Positions 13,309 through 25,310 of a stretch of DNA of 64,000 nucleotides are shown here, one piece after another. The translations under genes and the position numbers were made by a program. The notes below the pieces were generated by a model. That model had not been told where the DNA came from. It ran no database searches and saw only the letters and a program-made list of their open reading frames with translations. The DNA is from Octopus bimaculoides (taxonomy: Eukaryota), in contig NC_068988.1 in NCBI RefSeq assembly GCF_001194135.2, positions 90,226,688 through 90,290,687 of the forward strand, in the 5' to 3' direction. Positions within the stretch are counted from its first letter, which is position 1, and every line of letters starts with the position of its first letter.

Positions 13309-13310
<2 letters not shown>
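13066..13310 (+). mobile_element. Non-autonomous Helitron-like fragment with 3' terminal signature
   Basis: CCCGACCAACGCCGGG hairpin (13282-13297), then TTAG 8 nt later, then T, resembling the Helitron hairpin + CTRR end. Near-identical end at 41934-41962. 5' boundary approximate. Confidence 0.55.
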
Positions 13311-13372
<62 letters not shown>

Positions 13373-14763
13373 TAATTAATGCCTTATTAATTAACACTCT
13401 CACCTCTTCAATTGTCGTTGATTCTCTCCATTAGCTGAGCGGGGTTCTTGTTTGTCTGTATATGTGCGTATATATGTATGCTTGTGTGTGTATGCATATA
13501 TATATGCATGCGTGTGTGTACGTTTGTATATAAGTACTCTGCATATTCATGTCTCTGTGTGTTCATGTTTGTGTGTGTTTGTGTGTATGTGTGTGTGCTT
13601 GTCTGTCCGTATCACCTGTGTACCTATCCGTTTTTCATCGACCACAACTGCTTCCCTATCTGCTTTTCATCGACCACAGCTGCTTAACTTCCCAAGCTAA
13701 CCTGTCGTATCTGTCAACTTTTCTTTCTTCCTTATCGCATACCTTGTTGTCAGCTGGGCATGCTATATGTATGATCCAGCATAGTATGTTTTCTTTCTCA
13801 ATTAAGACTATGTCCGGCTTCCAACTCTCAATCTTCTTCTAATTATTATTTTATTACATATCATTATTTTGGTAGTTGTGTGTGTGATGTGATATGCATA
13901 TATATCTAAACACCAACATAGATACATCCATGTAGCTATATATATATATATATAGATAGATAGATACATTTCTTTTATTAGCCACACAGGGCTCAACAAA
14001 GATGGGACAAATACAATGTAGAGCTTTTCTTTTGGGGAGNNNNNNNNNNNNNNNNNNNNNNNNNNNNNNNNNNNNNNNNNNNNNNNNNNNNNNNNNNNNN
14101 NNNNNNNNNNNNNNNNNNNNNNNNNNNNNNNNNNNNNNNNNNNNNNNNNNNNNNNNNNNNNNNNNNNNNNNNNNNNNNNNNNNNNNNNNNNNNNNNNNNN
14201 NNNNNNNNNNNNNNNNNNNNNNNNNNNNNNNNNNNNNNNNNNNNNNNNNNNNNNNNNNNNNNNNNNNNNNNNNNNNNNNNNNNNNNNNNNNNNNNNNNNN
14301 NNNNNNNNNNNNNNNNNNNNNNNNNNNNNNNNNNNNNNNNNNNNNNNNNNNNNNNNNNNNNNNNNNNNNNNNNNNNNNNNNNNNNNNNNNNNNNNNNNNN
14401 NNNNNNNNNNNNNNNNNNNNNNNNNNNNNNNNNNNNNNNNNNNNNNNNNNNNNNNNNNNNNNNNNNNNNNNNNNNNNNNNNNNNNNNNNNNNNNNNNNNN
14501 NNNNNNNNNNNNNNNNNNNNNNNNNNNNNNNNNNNNNNNNNNNNNNNNNNNNNNNNNNNNNNNNNNNNNNNNNNNNNNNNNNNNNNNNNNNNNNNNNNNN
14601 NNNNNNNNNNNNNNNNNNNNNNNNNNNNNNNNNNNNNNNNNNNNNNNNNNNNNNNNNNNNNNNNNNNNNNNNNNNNNNNNNNNNNNNNNNNNNNNNNNNN
14701 NNNNNNNNNNNNNNNNNNNNNNNNNNNNNNNNNNNNNNNNNNNNNNNNNNNNNNNNNNNNNNN

Positions 14764-14822
<59 letters not shown>

Positions 14823-14831
14823 TAGATAGAT

Positions 14832-14940
<109 letters not shown>

Positions 14941-15150
14941 CTAAAAACTTATATACATAGTAGACAAACGCATACATAACTCAGAATATCATATTTACCA
15001 AAAATACATACTAGCATCTAAATTTACACAGATTTCATAGATATACTCCCCAAAAAAAACAAAAAAAAACAGCAGAGCATATACGCACACATGCATACAG
15101 AAGGATCGAAAGAGTCATATACAACTTATGTGACGTCACAAATATATCAT

Positions 15151-15368
15151 TATGCAAACCAACGACGTATCCGACGCGCCGACTCCTCATCTAAAGCATA
15201 AACTTCTTCGTGGACAGAAAATGTCTGATGTGGTTGTTGAAAACTAATATCATGCTTCGTTTCTTTACAAATGTTTGATATTCCCCTACTATAACTAGTC
15301 AGGTTTACCAAGAAGGCATTAACTAATCAAAATATAATATATAATCTATATGAATGTACATATGCATA

Positions 15369-15429
<61 letters not shown>

Positions 15430-16104
15430 NNNNNNNNNNNNNNNNNNNNNNNNNNNNNNNNNNNNNNNNNNNNNNNNNNNNNNNNNNNNNNNNNNNNNNN
15501 NNNNNNNNNNNNNNNNNNNNNNNNNNNNNNNNNNNNNNNNNNNNNNNNNNNNNNNNNNNNNNNNNNNNNNNNNNNNNNNNNNNNNNNNNNNNNNNNNNNN
15601 NNNNNNNNNNNNNNNNNNNNNNNNNNNNNNNNNNNNNNNNNNNNNNNNNNNNNNNNNNNNNNNNNNNNNNNNNNNNNNNNNNNNNNNNNNNNNNNNNNNN
15701 NNNNNNNNNNNNNNNNNNNNNNNNNNNNNNNNNNNNNNNNNNNNNNNNNNNNNNNNNNNNNNNNNNNNNNNNNNNNNNNNNNNNNNNNNNNNNNNNNNNN
15801 NNNNNNNNNNNNNNNNNNNNNNNNNNNNNNNNNNNNNNNNNNNNNNNNNNNNNNNNNNNNNNNNNNNNNNNNNNNNNNNNNNNNNNNNNNNNNNNNNNNN
15901 NNNNNNNNNNNNNNNNNNNNNNNNNNNNNNNNNNNNNNNNNNNNNNNNNNNNNNNNNNNNNNNNNNNNNNNNNNNNNNNNNNTATATAGCATGATATTAG
16001 TTTTCAACAACCACATCAGACATTAGCTGTCCACTAAGAAGTTTATATTTCAGATGAGGAGTCTGTGCGTCTGAGAATCGTTGTACACGTCGGTGGCTTG
16101 CATA
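15151..16104. mobile_element. MITE/foldback-like element with about 105-117 bp inverted arms (15151-15256 and 15988-16104) around (TA)n and a gap
   Basis: 15181-15256 vs reverse complement of 15988-16063: 70/76 identical, innermost 37 bp perfect. Outer ends TATGCAA(A/G)CCA(A/C)CGACGT begin at TA. Confidence 0.6.
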
Positions 16105-16267
16105 TATATATATGGTTTGTTTTTGATTCTTTTGCTTTTGTTATAACTACTATCATCTTTATTTAATATCGTCATTGTACATGTCAATACTATACTTTAC
16201 ATTCGTATCTTCACTTGTCTTTGCAGTATCAAAGTATCATCACTAACATCATTATTATTATTCACTG

Positions 16268-16790
16268 AAAGACCAGTGGACGCCATCAATGTGACACTGG
16301 GGTACAAATATACAAACCTCAATATACACCTCATGACTACCTGCATTACAACCATATATGCGCGACATTATGATTTCATATCAAGATGAATAGCGAATGA
16401 CCTTGCAGGTGGGGTCCAGTTAGAATTTTCTTCAGGTCGAGTAGCCTATCCCAAACAAAAGGTCCTTGAATAAGGTTTGTTTAAGGATGATGAACGAAAC
16501 ACCCATGTTTCCAGAGGTGAATTATTCAAATCCCCAAAAATTCCTCTCAACTCATGGCTATGATGCTCCCCCACTGCTTCTGCTTATGATCAGAGATGCA
16601 CATGCCGTCAGCCACTAAGAGATATGCTCAACTGGTTAAGGCCAAGCAACTAACAAGCGAATCTGTGGCATTGAACAGAATATTTGCTGTAGTCTATCGT
16701 TCACACGAAGACAAAGCATGTACATGATAAACAGTCCCAATCGGTTAAGATCAGGTCCATGTGAGCCAGTGACTGGCATTACATCAATAG
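16268..16790 (-). repeat. Unclassified dispersed repeat; second copy at about 20680-20915
   Basis: Shared collinear blocks TGATCAGAGATG, ATGCTCAACTGGT, ATTTGCTGTAG, CATGTACATGATAA. Confidence 0.75.
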
Positions 16791-17073
16791 CTTTCGATCT
16801 GACTTGCTCTGGTTGATTCTGTAAGAGTGAACATCAACCTGTTCTCAGAGGTCTCACAGGGTTCCTTTCAGGAAGTTATAAGCTTTGGTATTTCGATGTA
16901 AACTTATCGTGTATGACGTTGATCACCCAAGCACCAATTACAAAATCCTAGCTTTTCCCAATGGAGCAGTTTTTTGGGCCTGCTCCGCCCTCATGTCAAT
17001 TCCAATCTCTCTCCGACATATTTCTCGAACCTGGTGGTAAGTGCTCCGAATACCCCTACAATTACTGGAATTC
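16790..17073 (-). mobile_element. 5'-truncated R4/Dong-like RLE-LINE 3' fragment
   Basis: Minus strand reads RIPVIVGVFGALTTRFEKYV / IGIDMRAEQAQKTAPLGKARIL (frameshifted RLE tail). The 5' junction abuts (GAA)n at 17071. Confidence 0.75.
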
Positions 17074-17093
17074 TTCTTCTTCTTCTTCTTCTT

Positions 17094-17192
<99 letters not shown>

Positions 17193-17291
17193 CTTCTTTT
17201 TCATCTTTGGCTCATCGTTGAGAGGACGTTGGTGTTGCCTTGGTGGGGGTTTGCGTTCTCTGAGTGGTCATCATTATTGTTGTTGTTATTG

Positions 17292-17349
<58 letters not shown>

Positions 17350-17365
17350 CATTATTATTATTATC
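17071..17365. repeat. Compound (CTT)n(ATT)n microsatellites with a 70-bp unique insert (17190-17270)
   Basis: Direct tandem repeats. Confidence 0.93.
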
Positions 17366-18324
17366 CTGGCGTGAATTGAAAGAGTCAGAAAGCACGCTAA
17401 CGATTTTACTCGCTCTATACCATTGATAATTTATGATTTAGGCACACGAGAATCAATTAGTTTTCAATCTTCGATCCCAAAAACTAGGCTGATTCTGTCG
17501 CGCCATAATTCGACAATGAAGTGTAATAAAATACAATCAACGTCGGAAAACATTGGGTTTAGAATACGTCTGGCGTTGGACACGGCAATATAATAATAAA
17601 CGGAAGTGTGAGAACATTCTAGTATACATAAATTTAAAAGATAATTAGACGCGCGAGAATTATAAAATAATATAAAACAATGACTCCCACCTTAAACAGC
17701 AGCATCAATAAAAAAATCCTTTCTTCTATTGGCACAACGACTGACTTTTGGAAAGATAGATTATATCGCTACCAATACTCAACTGGTACTTATTTCCTCC
17801 ACAGCGGAATTTGAAAACGGACGAGCTACATTTTTGTGCGGCGTACAAATGATTCTACCAGCTCACCACCTTCAATCACAATGATAATAATAAAATTCTC
17901 TTCCGAATATGTTTCGCCTAGGAATGTGAAAGATATTTTGATATGCGAATCCACTCTGTTATCCTGTCACGTTAGTGCCAACCTCTCTGACGTCGTTTTC
18001 TACATGATTATGAACCTTCTAACTCTTTTTCTTTGCTTTTTCAATGGGGTTGACTGCCCTACCATATTTTAAACGAAGGTTTGTTCTTGGACCGAATATT
18101 TAACACAAATTGGTCAGATGCAGACGATCGATTCCGACGATCGAGTAACAGGGTTCATAATCACGAGTGTCTAAGACTAAGCACGAAGTGCTTCGTAAAC
18201 ATTTCTGGAACTGTACTAATTGTGGTCTGGAAACGGAAAGTAACCGGTTTGGAATATAGTGCAAAGTATTCTTCTTTAGCTATCGAGTTTGCCCTATAAA
18301 GATTTCGACATATTCCGACCCTTC

Positions 18325-18472
18325 TATATTTAAGAGATGGGGAATTATGTACATTATTTACATTTGACGGATATTTGTCCTGATCTTTCGGCTGATATAC
18401 CCTCCAGCCTTCATCAGGTGTCTTGGGAAAATTTAGAACTTGAGTTCTCATTCCCAAGGTATTTTTTGATGC
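18325..18472 (-). ncRNA. Repeat body containing a hammerhead-ribozyme-like core (CUGAUGA-A-GGCUG-loop-CAGCC-GAAA, 18417 to 18386); stem III and cleavage site absent in this copy
   Basis: Minus strand reads GACAC CTGATGA A GGCTG GAGGGTATAT CAGCC GAAA GATCAGG: both conserved core strands with a perfect 5-bp stem II between them. Confidence 0.5.
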
Positions 18473-18530
<58 letters not shown>

Positions 18531-18534
<4 letters not shown>

Positions 18535-18607
18535 TCACTGCCTGGAATCGAACTCGGAATCTTGGCGTTAGTAGGCCGTGCTCTTAACCACTATGCCATA
18601 TGCCCGT
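18531..18607 (-). mobile_element. tRNA-derived SINE head with (AAT)n linker (18473-18530)
   Basis: A box TGGCATAGTGG and B box GAGTTCGATTCC at tRNA spacing; acceptor and T stems mispaired, so not a functional tRNA. Confidence 0.8.
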
Positions 18608-19674
18608 ACCGCTCCTTCCAGTATTGAAACTATTACGGAATGTCCGTATTATTTGGCCTCACACTGTAGCGCACGTTCTATCTCGTCTTTATTCAGCCAT
18701 TACACCAAGCTAGGTGCATCAATCTCTACTCCAGCCTTGCAGAAGGTTTTATATAGTAGTTCTTGCTGGGAATTTGTTCTTTGGTCTCAGCAATAACTGC
18801 ATCTTCAAACACAGGTACACTTACACACAGCTCTCATACATTTATACGTTCAAACACATGAATCAATGTGTTCTACCTAGTTAGCTTCAAATACTAATAC
18901 ATATACTAGGAATAATTTATTTACAAGAGACACAATTATTCTTGGTTGCTATAAAATATTTTCACACAGAAATGCACACAAGTGCACACAAATGCACCCA
19001 GATGGACACAGATGCACACGATGCAGGTATCTATGTGCATCTATGAGTGTGTGTGTTGTGTTGTGTGTGTGTTTGTTTGCTTGTTTGTGTGTTTGTATAA
19101 ATAAACTATTTACTATAATGAATTATATTCTAGGAATACTTACCGCAGATTTAATGAGAAACAATAAAATTATATGAAAAACTTGACGTGAAATATCTCA
19201 GTTTCTTATTCCTAATTATGGAGCCTCTGATCTTAGAGGAATATCTGTTTGTTTGATGTCAAGTACCCTAGAGGGTATGCTTTCAATTTGTACAATTGCA
19301 TATAATTATAGCCTGTGGATTGCAAGCAGAACTGCCATGTTGTTCCTAACAACTGTATCAATGATTCTAATGGTTTAAATGAGCAAGAATTACCCCTTTC
19401 GTATTAGCAAACACATAAACACACACACACACACATAACTATATATTTATATATTTATATATGGATCAGAATTTGACAACACGTTTAGTGAGCGAATGCG
19501 TGTATGTGTGTGTGTGTGTATGTGCAAATGTATGTATTTCATATACATATGTGTGTGTGTGTTTGTATATATATATATATACACGTAACTAGAGAACGAT
19601 ATAACAGCATTTTACAGATATTCTGCAATGGTGAATATAACCAGATTCTATATAAAGCTAATACATAAATCGGC

Positions 19675-19679
19675 AGACA

Positions 19680-19716
<37 letters not shown>

Positions 19717-19778
19717 ACAGACAGACACACAGACACACAGACAGACGGATGGATAGATGGATGGATGGATGGATGGAT
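19675..19778. repeat. Compound (CAGG)n(CAGA)n(GGAT)n microsatellite
   Basis: Direct tandem repeat. Confidence 0.9.
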
Positions 19779-19839
19779 ATGCGTGCGCGTTTTCAAAATT
19801 AGTTGTGTGGAGAAACTGGACATGCGGTTGGTGATGATG

Positions 19840-20915
19840 AGCGGACATACGCCGAGCCTTCGACATTTCCAGCTTTTACTTCACGGTGAGCAGGTGTAGT
19901 CAGCTTGTAAAACTACCCCATCCACAGTTGATTCTTTGATGAGCTGTAGTCATGGATCAAGTGTAAAGGCTCCAAAATCGTTGACAGGCGATCACAGACT
20001 TTAGGCAGTCGCACAACCCACTGAGCGAAAATCAACTTCGTTGTTCTATACGGTATTAGTAGCGTGCAGGATCAACGTTTATAGAGAGACTCTGGGCGCC
20101 GACGAAAATCAACAGGCTGGTCTGTTCCCGAGCATTATCGGGCTGGTTGGGGTGAGGAGCAAGGACAATTTGCAGAAATCTCTGGCCTGAGTGCTACCCG
20201 GATTATTGCCGGTTCGAGATAGACAGTACCAGCGCATGAACACCGTCGTTCCCCTACAGCCTTAGATTCGCACAGATCGATGGTCTTCTCAGTACGTACT
20301 CCTCCTCTGCAAGATCTGTGGAATTATGCTGAACATCTGTTATCGTGTGTATGATAGATTCCGCTATCGGCTGAGCCCATTTTGAAGACAGTACTCCCGC
20401 CTCCTTCATCTGGCAGGGAAAGAGAGGAAGTATTTATCTAACTGATGATCTTAAACAAAACAGGTTGTTTGGTGAACCAAATTGAAAGGATTAAAGACAC
20501 ACATCTTTCACTTTGGTCAAACCCTCATCAATTTTTTCAGTTTCGCTTGGAGAGGAAAGGGAAATGAAAGTGCTGCCCTCTAGCAAATTTGTTGACTGAG
20601 GAGGTTGAGGTAAGGGCGCTTTCTTTAATGGTCAGGTGACAGTGTTTTGTGGGGTTTCCAGGAGCAGCCATCTCCACACATGATGCATCCCACTATTCTT
20701 ATTGGTGATCAGAGATGTACATATTGTTAGCCACCAAGGGACATGCTCAACTGGTGAAGGTCAAGCAACAGACAGGCAAATGTGTGGTATTAAGCAGAGT
20801 ATTTGCTGTAGCCCATCTTTTAAACCGACAAAAATCATGTACATGATAACACTTCCAATCAGTTCTGATCAGAAGCCATGAGAGCCACTGCCTGGTACTG
20901 CATCAGGGTACTTAT
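19840..20915 (-). mobile_element. Probable decayed retroelement 5' region: GC-richer body joined to the second copy of the 16268-16790 repeat
   Basis: Repeat copy at 20680-20915 is contiguous with about 840 bp of non-AT-rich sequence that has no intact ORF. No protein motif recognised. Confidence 0.3.
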
Positions 20916-20924
20916 CAATATTAT

Positions 20925-20943
20925 TATTATCATCATCCTCATC

Positions 20944-21037
<94 letters not shown>

Positions 21038-21039
21038 TC

Positions 21040-21104
<65 letters not shown>

Positions 21105-21131
21105 TATCATCATCATCATCAACATCATCAA
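20925..21131. repeat. Compound (ATC)n(ATT)n(AGT)n microsatellite
   Basis: Direct tandem repeat. Confidence 0.95.
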
Positions 21132-21739
21132 TATATGAAAACTCACAGCTCATTTTGCTCGATGTGATGGAAAGTGTCAGCTGCCCACAGCCAGCAGTCT
21201 AAGGTGACACATATTTATTGGCCATGCTTCAAGAACCCTGCGAAGAAATTCTTCGACTTCCAAGCAATGATAATTTTTGTAGGTGTTCTACCTTCACACT
21301 TGCATCAATCTTTTGTAGCTATGATGGTAGTTGAGTGATGATACTACCACGTGCACCATTGGTATCACGTCTACTCTCTTCAATGACCACAACCTTCGTA
21401 TTTTCCATTTCAAATCGCCATAGCTGTTTATTTCTTCCTCTTCTTTCACATTGACCCTGTCGTAACCGGGGCATGCTATGTCGATTATCACACATGTTCT
21501 TTGTTTTTTATTCGCCACAACAATGTCTGGTTTCCCATCTCTGGTAGGGTGATGGCATTGGATGACTGCATCCCACACGATTTTGCAATTCTCATTTTCG
21601 TTGACTTCTTCTGGACTTTGATCATACGATATTTTTGCACTTTGTAGGCCGTGATTTTCACGCAGCTCCCAATGGATCAGCCTTACCACATTGTCATGGC
21701 GTCTTTTGTATTAGCGTTGTCCTAATTTCGTGCATTCGC
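21132..21739 (-). mobile_element. 5'-truncated R4/Dong-like RLE-LINE (end of zinc-knuckle region, RLE domain, 3' UTR)
   Basis: ECTKLGQR*YKRRHDNVVRLIHWEL...KIVWD...KPDIVVANKKQRTCVIIDIACP...KEEEEINSYGDLKWKIRRLW...LQKLSLLGSRRI. Both ends abut trinucleotide tracts. Confidence 0.88.
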
Positions 21740-21758
21740 TATTATTATTATTATTATT

Positions 21759-21790
<32 letters not shown>

Positions 21791-23790
21791 TTTCCTTTGC
21801 TTCTTCTTTCGATTCTGTTTCCATTTCTTGCCGTGTGTCTTCCTGATACCTAGAGTAAAGTAACGTACTGTATATATTGGTTGGTCATTAAAACAATCAC
21901 ACCGGATTGTTCATTTACAGAGTCATGTGATAGAGAAAAAGGGGAAGACAGAGAGAAAAATGAAAAATAAGAAAATAGAAAAGTAAGTAAATAAAATAAA
22001 GGTGGGGAAAGGGAAAGAAAATTTACAGCGACAATGATCTTCTCACTACGTGTGACATACCAGTTAAGACAATCTTTTGTACTTCCTGCGTGGATTATTC
22101 TAAAATAATTTTCAGTTCCTTTTTTTTTTATCATTCTAAGCGCTCCTACAATCACTGGTATTGTAACCGTCTTTAGATACTACATCTTTTGAATTTCGAT
22201 TAGTAGATCTTGATATTTTCTGAGCTTATCAAATTCTTTTGCCAAGATATTATGGTCACAGGGTATGTTCATATCATTCAATAAACAGACGTTCATGCTT
22301 GTGTCTTTCACAACAATATCTGGTTTATTTCCCTTGATGGTCCGATCTGTTCACACTGGGGAGTCCCAAAGAACAGATACATTTTCTTCCTCAGGGTAGT
22401 GATTGAATTATTTGTCAGTAGTTTTGATTTTATAATGGTGACACATTATACAATGTAGATATTGGCCAACTCGTTCATGTCTTGATTTGTACTCTACAGG
22501 GGGTAAGACCTTGTTTCTATCCCATCGTTGCAGCATTGGCACTTTGGGTCTACACCATTTTCAACACGTGGCCATGATAGTTCCGGGTCAATGAGCACTG
22601 ATCTTGGGCAGTCAAGAGAAAACCTTCACTCTCAGCCTTTAACCTTGAGCTCTGTACCCACTTATGGGTGTACTTCTGGTCTACAACAGCTTGTTTGCTA
22701 CGAGCCACATATTTGCCATGCAGAGATCTTTGTTCCCACCTATCAACCAATTAATTGTTCAAGCACATTTTCCTTTGCTATTGATTTCACATTCTTTGAA
22801 ACTATAGTTGCTGCACTTCCGTCATGCTGTTCGATCTGGGTATTATGCTTAAACTCACTTGAACGGTTTTTCCTCTCCTTCCTAACAGAATGAAGCTTCT
22901 TACGTCTTTCATGGTTTTCAACGAGCTTTAGCATCCAGTCGTTAGACGTTTCAAGATATTTGCCAGTCGAATTGTGATGGTTTTGTAGGAGATTTCAAAC
23001 CGAATCAAGCCTCGACCTGCTTGAGCTCTCGGTAGGTAAAATCGATATGCGTCTGCCTTTGGGTGGTGCATCTTATTGCAAGCCAGCAGCTTACGGATTA
23101 TCCTGTCGAGTTTCGTTATTTCGCTCATATTCCGGTTCAACACATTGAAACTGTAAATAAAATCAGGAACTAAGGAATTTATAGCTGACAGCTTGTTACG
23201 TGCATTTAATTCGGATTTTAGGACTGCTCAAACTCTCCTGTAATACCCCTTCCTGATATTTTCTTTCATACTTTCATGTTGGATTCCAGAGCTCTCATTT
23301 ATTCCCAGGTATTTGTAAGTCTGCTCCTGCTCAAATTCTTTTATGTCTGTGTCAACATTCAACACCACTGAATGTGAGGTTTTTAGCTTACCTTTCCGGA
23401 AAGTGGCCTTGGCACATTGATCAAGACCAAATTCCATCCCAATGTCATCAATGAATGCTTTCAAAGTGCGTAGTAGTCTTTCAAGCTCATTAGCGTCTTT
23501 GCCATAGAGATTTAAGTCATCCATATAAAATCAATGACATATTTTCTTGTCGCCAATTTTATATCCATACCAAGTTCTATTGAGTTCACTTGTGAGGGTT
23601 ATTAGGGCTATCCAGAAAATTAAATGTGAAAGTAAGTCACCTTGGAAAATGCCGCAGTTGATATTAATATTTGAGGGAATATTTCCAAAAGAAATATTCC
23701 AGCGTCGGAAAGTCACAAATTTAGCAGATATAGTTAAGTCTGTTTTCAAGAGGTCAGTTTTTGACAGTTGCATTTTCCTCTCGTTCGGTA
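21791..23790 (-). mobile_element. Degraded R4/Dong-like RLE-LINE (RT, RLE, 3' UTR), 5'-truncated within RT
   Basis: RT: CGIFQGDLLSHLIF, YMDDLNLYGK, GMEFGLDQCAK, YKYLGI. Downstream WEQRSLHGKY, ESEGFLLTAQDQ, VIVGALRMIKK, QEVQKIVLTG. 3' end runs into (GAT)n(AAT)n at 21740-21790. Confidence 0.9.
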
Positions 23791-23989
23791 AAAGTATGTT
23801 TATTATGGTAGATTAGCGTGAGGCATTATTCTATAGTAATGCCTTTATATAAATATAAATGAATATATTCTAAGGATAATGATGGATTTTTCCCTTATGA
23901 GCTTTTCACGCTAGATACTTGATAGAATTCTTGCAAAAGATTTTTATCCTATTATTGAATTAATTAAATATATATATGCAACCTGACTG

Positions 23990-24202
23990 GCTGCTGTGCC
24001 GGTAGTACGTAAAAAGCACGCACTACACTCTCGGACTCGTTGGAGTTAGGGAGGGCATCCAGCTGTAGAAAATTTGCCAGAATAGTTTGGAGCTTGGTAC
24101 AGCCTTCTGGTTTGCCAGTCCTCAGTTAAACCGTCTAACTCATGCCAGCATGGCGAGTGGACGTTAAATGACGACGACGACGATGATAGTGATGATGACG
24201 AC

Positions 24203-24256
<54 letters not shown>
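23990..24256 (+). mobile_element. SINE or LINE 3' end with (GAT)n tail (RTE-type tail inferred)
   Basis: GTTAGGAGGGCATCCAGCTGTAGAAA...CATGCCAGCATGG...GGACGTTAAATGA followed by (GAC/GAT)n. Confidence 0.6.
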
Positions 24257-24326
24257 ATATTTATAAAGGTACGTGTGTATGTAAATAAATATTTATATCT
24301 ATGTATGCATGTATGTATGTATAGTA

Positions 24327-25310
24327 TACAGCTTGATCATAAAATCTGGATACACTAAATTTCACTGATATTTTGTTTTCTTCCACAGACTAAGTATGAG
24401 TTTGTCATTTTTACGGTCACTGTCTATTTTACATAATGTATTAAATGAATTAGTTTGGTAAAAGAGTCATGTCGCATTGCTGAGATGTTTTACTTTGAAG
24501 GTACTTTTCTCATACGGTCATATAATATTGATTTTTGACATTCTAGTGGTTCTCTTCTCTCTTTTTCCCGATTATTTTATGACATAATGGTTAAATGCGT
24601 ATTGATTTTACACTTTTAAATGTGTTTTGATCAGATCTATATCAGACACGGCATGCCGTATTAATTCAAAAGGCACTCTCCAGCAATGGAGACGACAAAA
24701 ATTATCTGTTCTGGAAATGGATACTTAAGCATCCAGACATGCTAAAGATAGCTGGACCAATTTTGCTCGGGAAACTTCTCTCTTCCTGGCCACCTTGAAT
24801 TTAGACGACCAAGTTCTAACAATATTGAACTTCTGAAAAGCGTAATAGAGAAGAATCAAAAACAAACTGCACGATAATTAGCAAAACAATTTAGTTCAAG
24901 ACACACTTTTAAATAAAACACTTTCATGGATTAATAAAATTGTCTAAACTTGTTCAGTATATCCCTCATCTTCTTTCAGTTTCTCAGTTTAATCGGAGGT
25001 ACCTTCTGTTTGTCACTGAAGAGCCGACTCTTTACGGAACGTTTGCTGGGTAGAATCATCTCAAGTTGGTTCTCTACAATAATATGCAATGAAAACGATT
25101 ATGGTTAACACTTAATGAATTAGGAGATATGTTAGCTTAATTAAGATGCATTGCACAAAAATGATAATCATAGTTCGGGTATGTTGCTCTTATATGATAA
25201 TACCAGTCCACAAATTGTCCAGGTACTCAGAAAAAGATTGCCGATCTAAATACAGAAGTGTTACCTTATCCTCATTGCAGTTCCTATCTCGGTACATCTG
25301 ACTCCGATGG
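24327..25310 (+). mobile_element. Heavily decayed mariner transposon
   Basis: RRPSSNNIELLKSVIEKNQKQTAR*LAKQF, KLVQYIPHLLS (WVPHEL-like), GRII..W..YNN, YDNTSPQ (HDNARPH-like), EVLPYPHCSSYLGTSD (YSPDLAPSD-like); internally deleted. 5' boundary tentative. Confidence 0.75.

Noticed and set aside
18531-18607. Functional tRNA genes (also 42865-42940, 3860-3932, 61381-61450)
   Set aside because: Acceptor and T stems mispaired and sequence continues into SINE bodies or tails.
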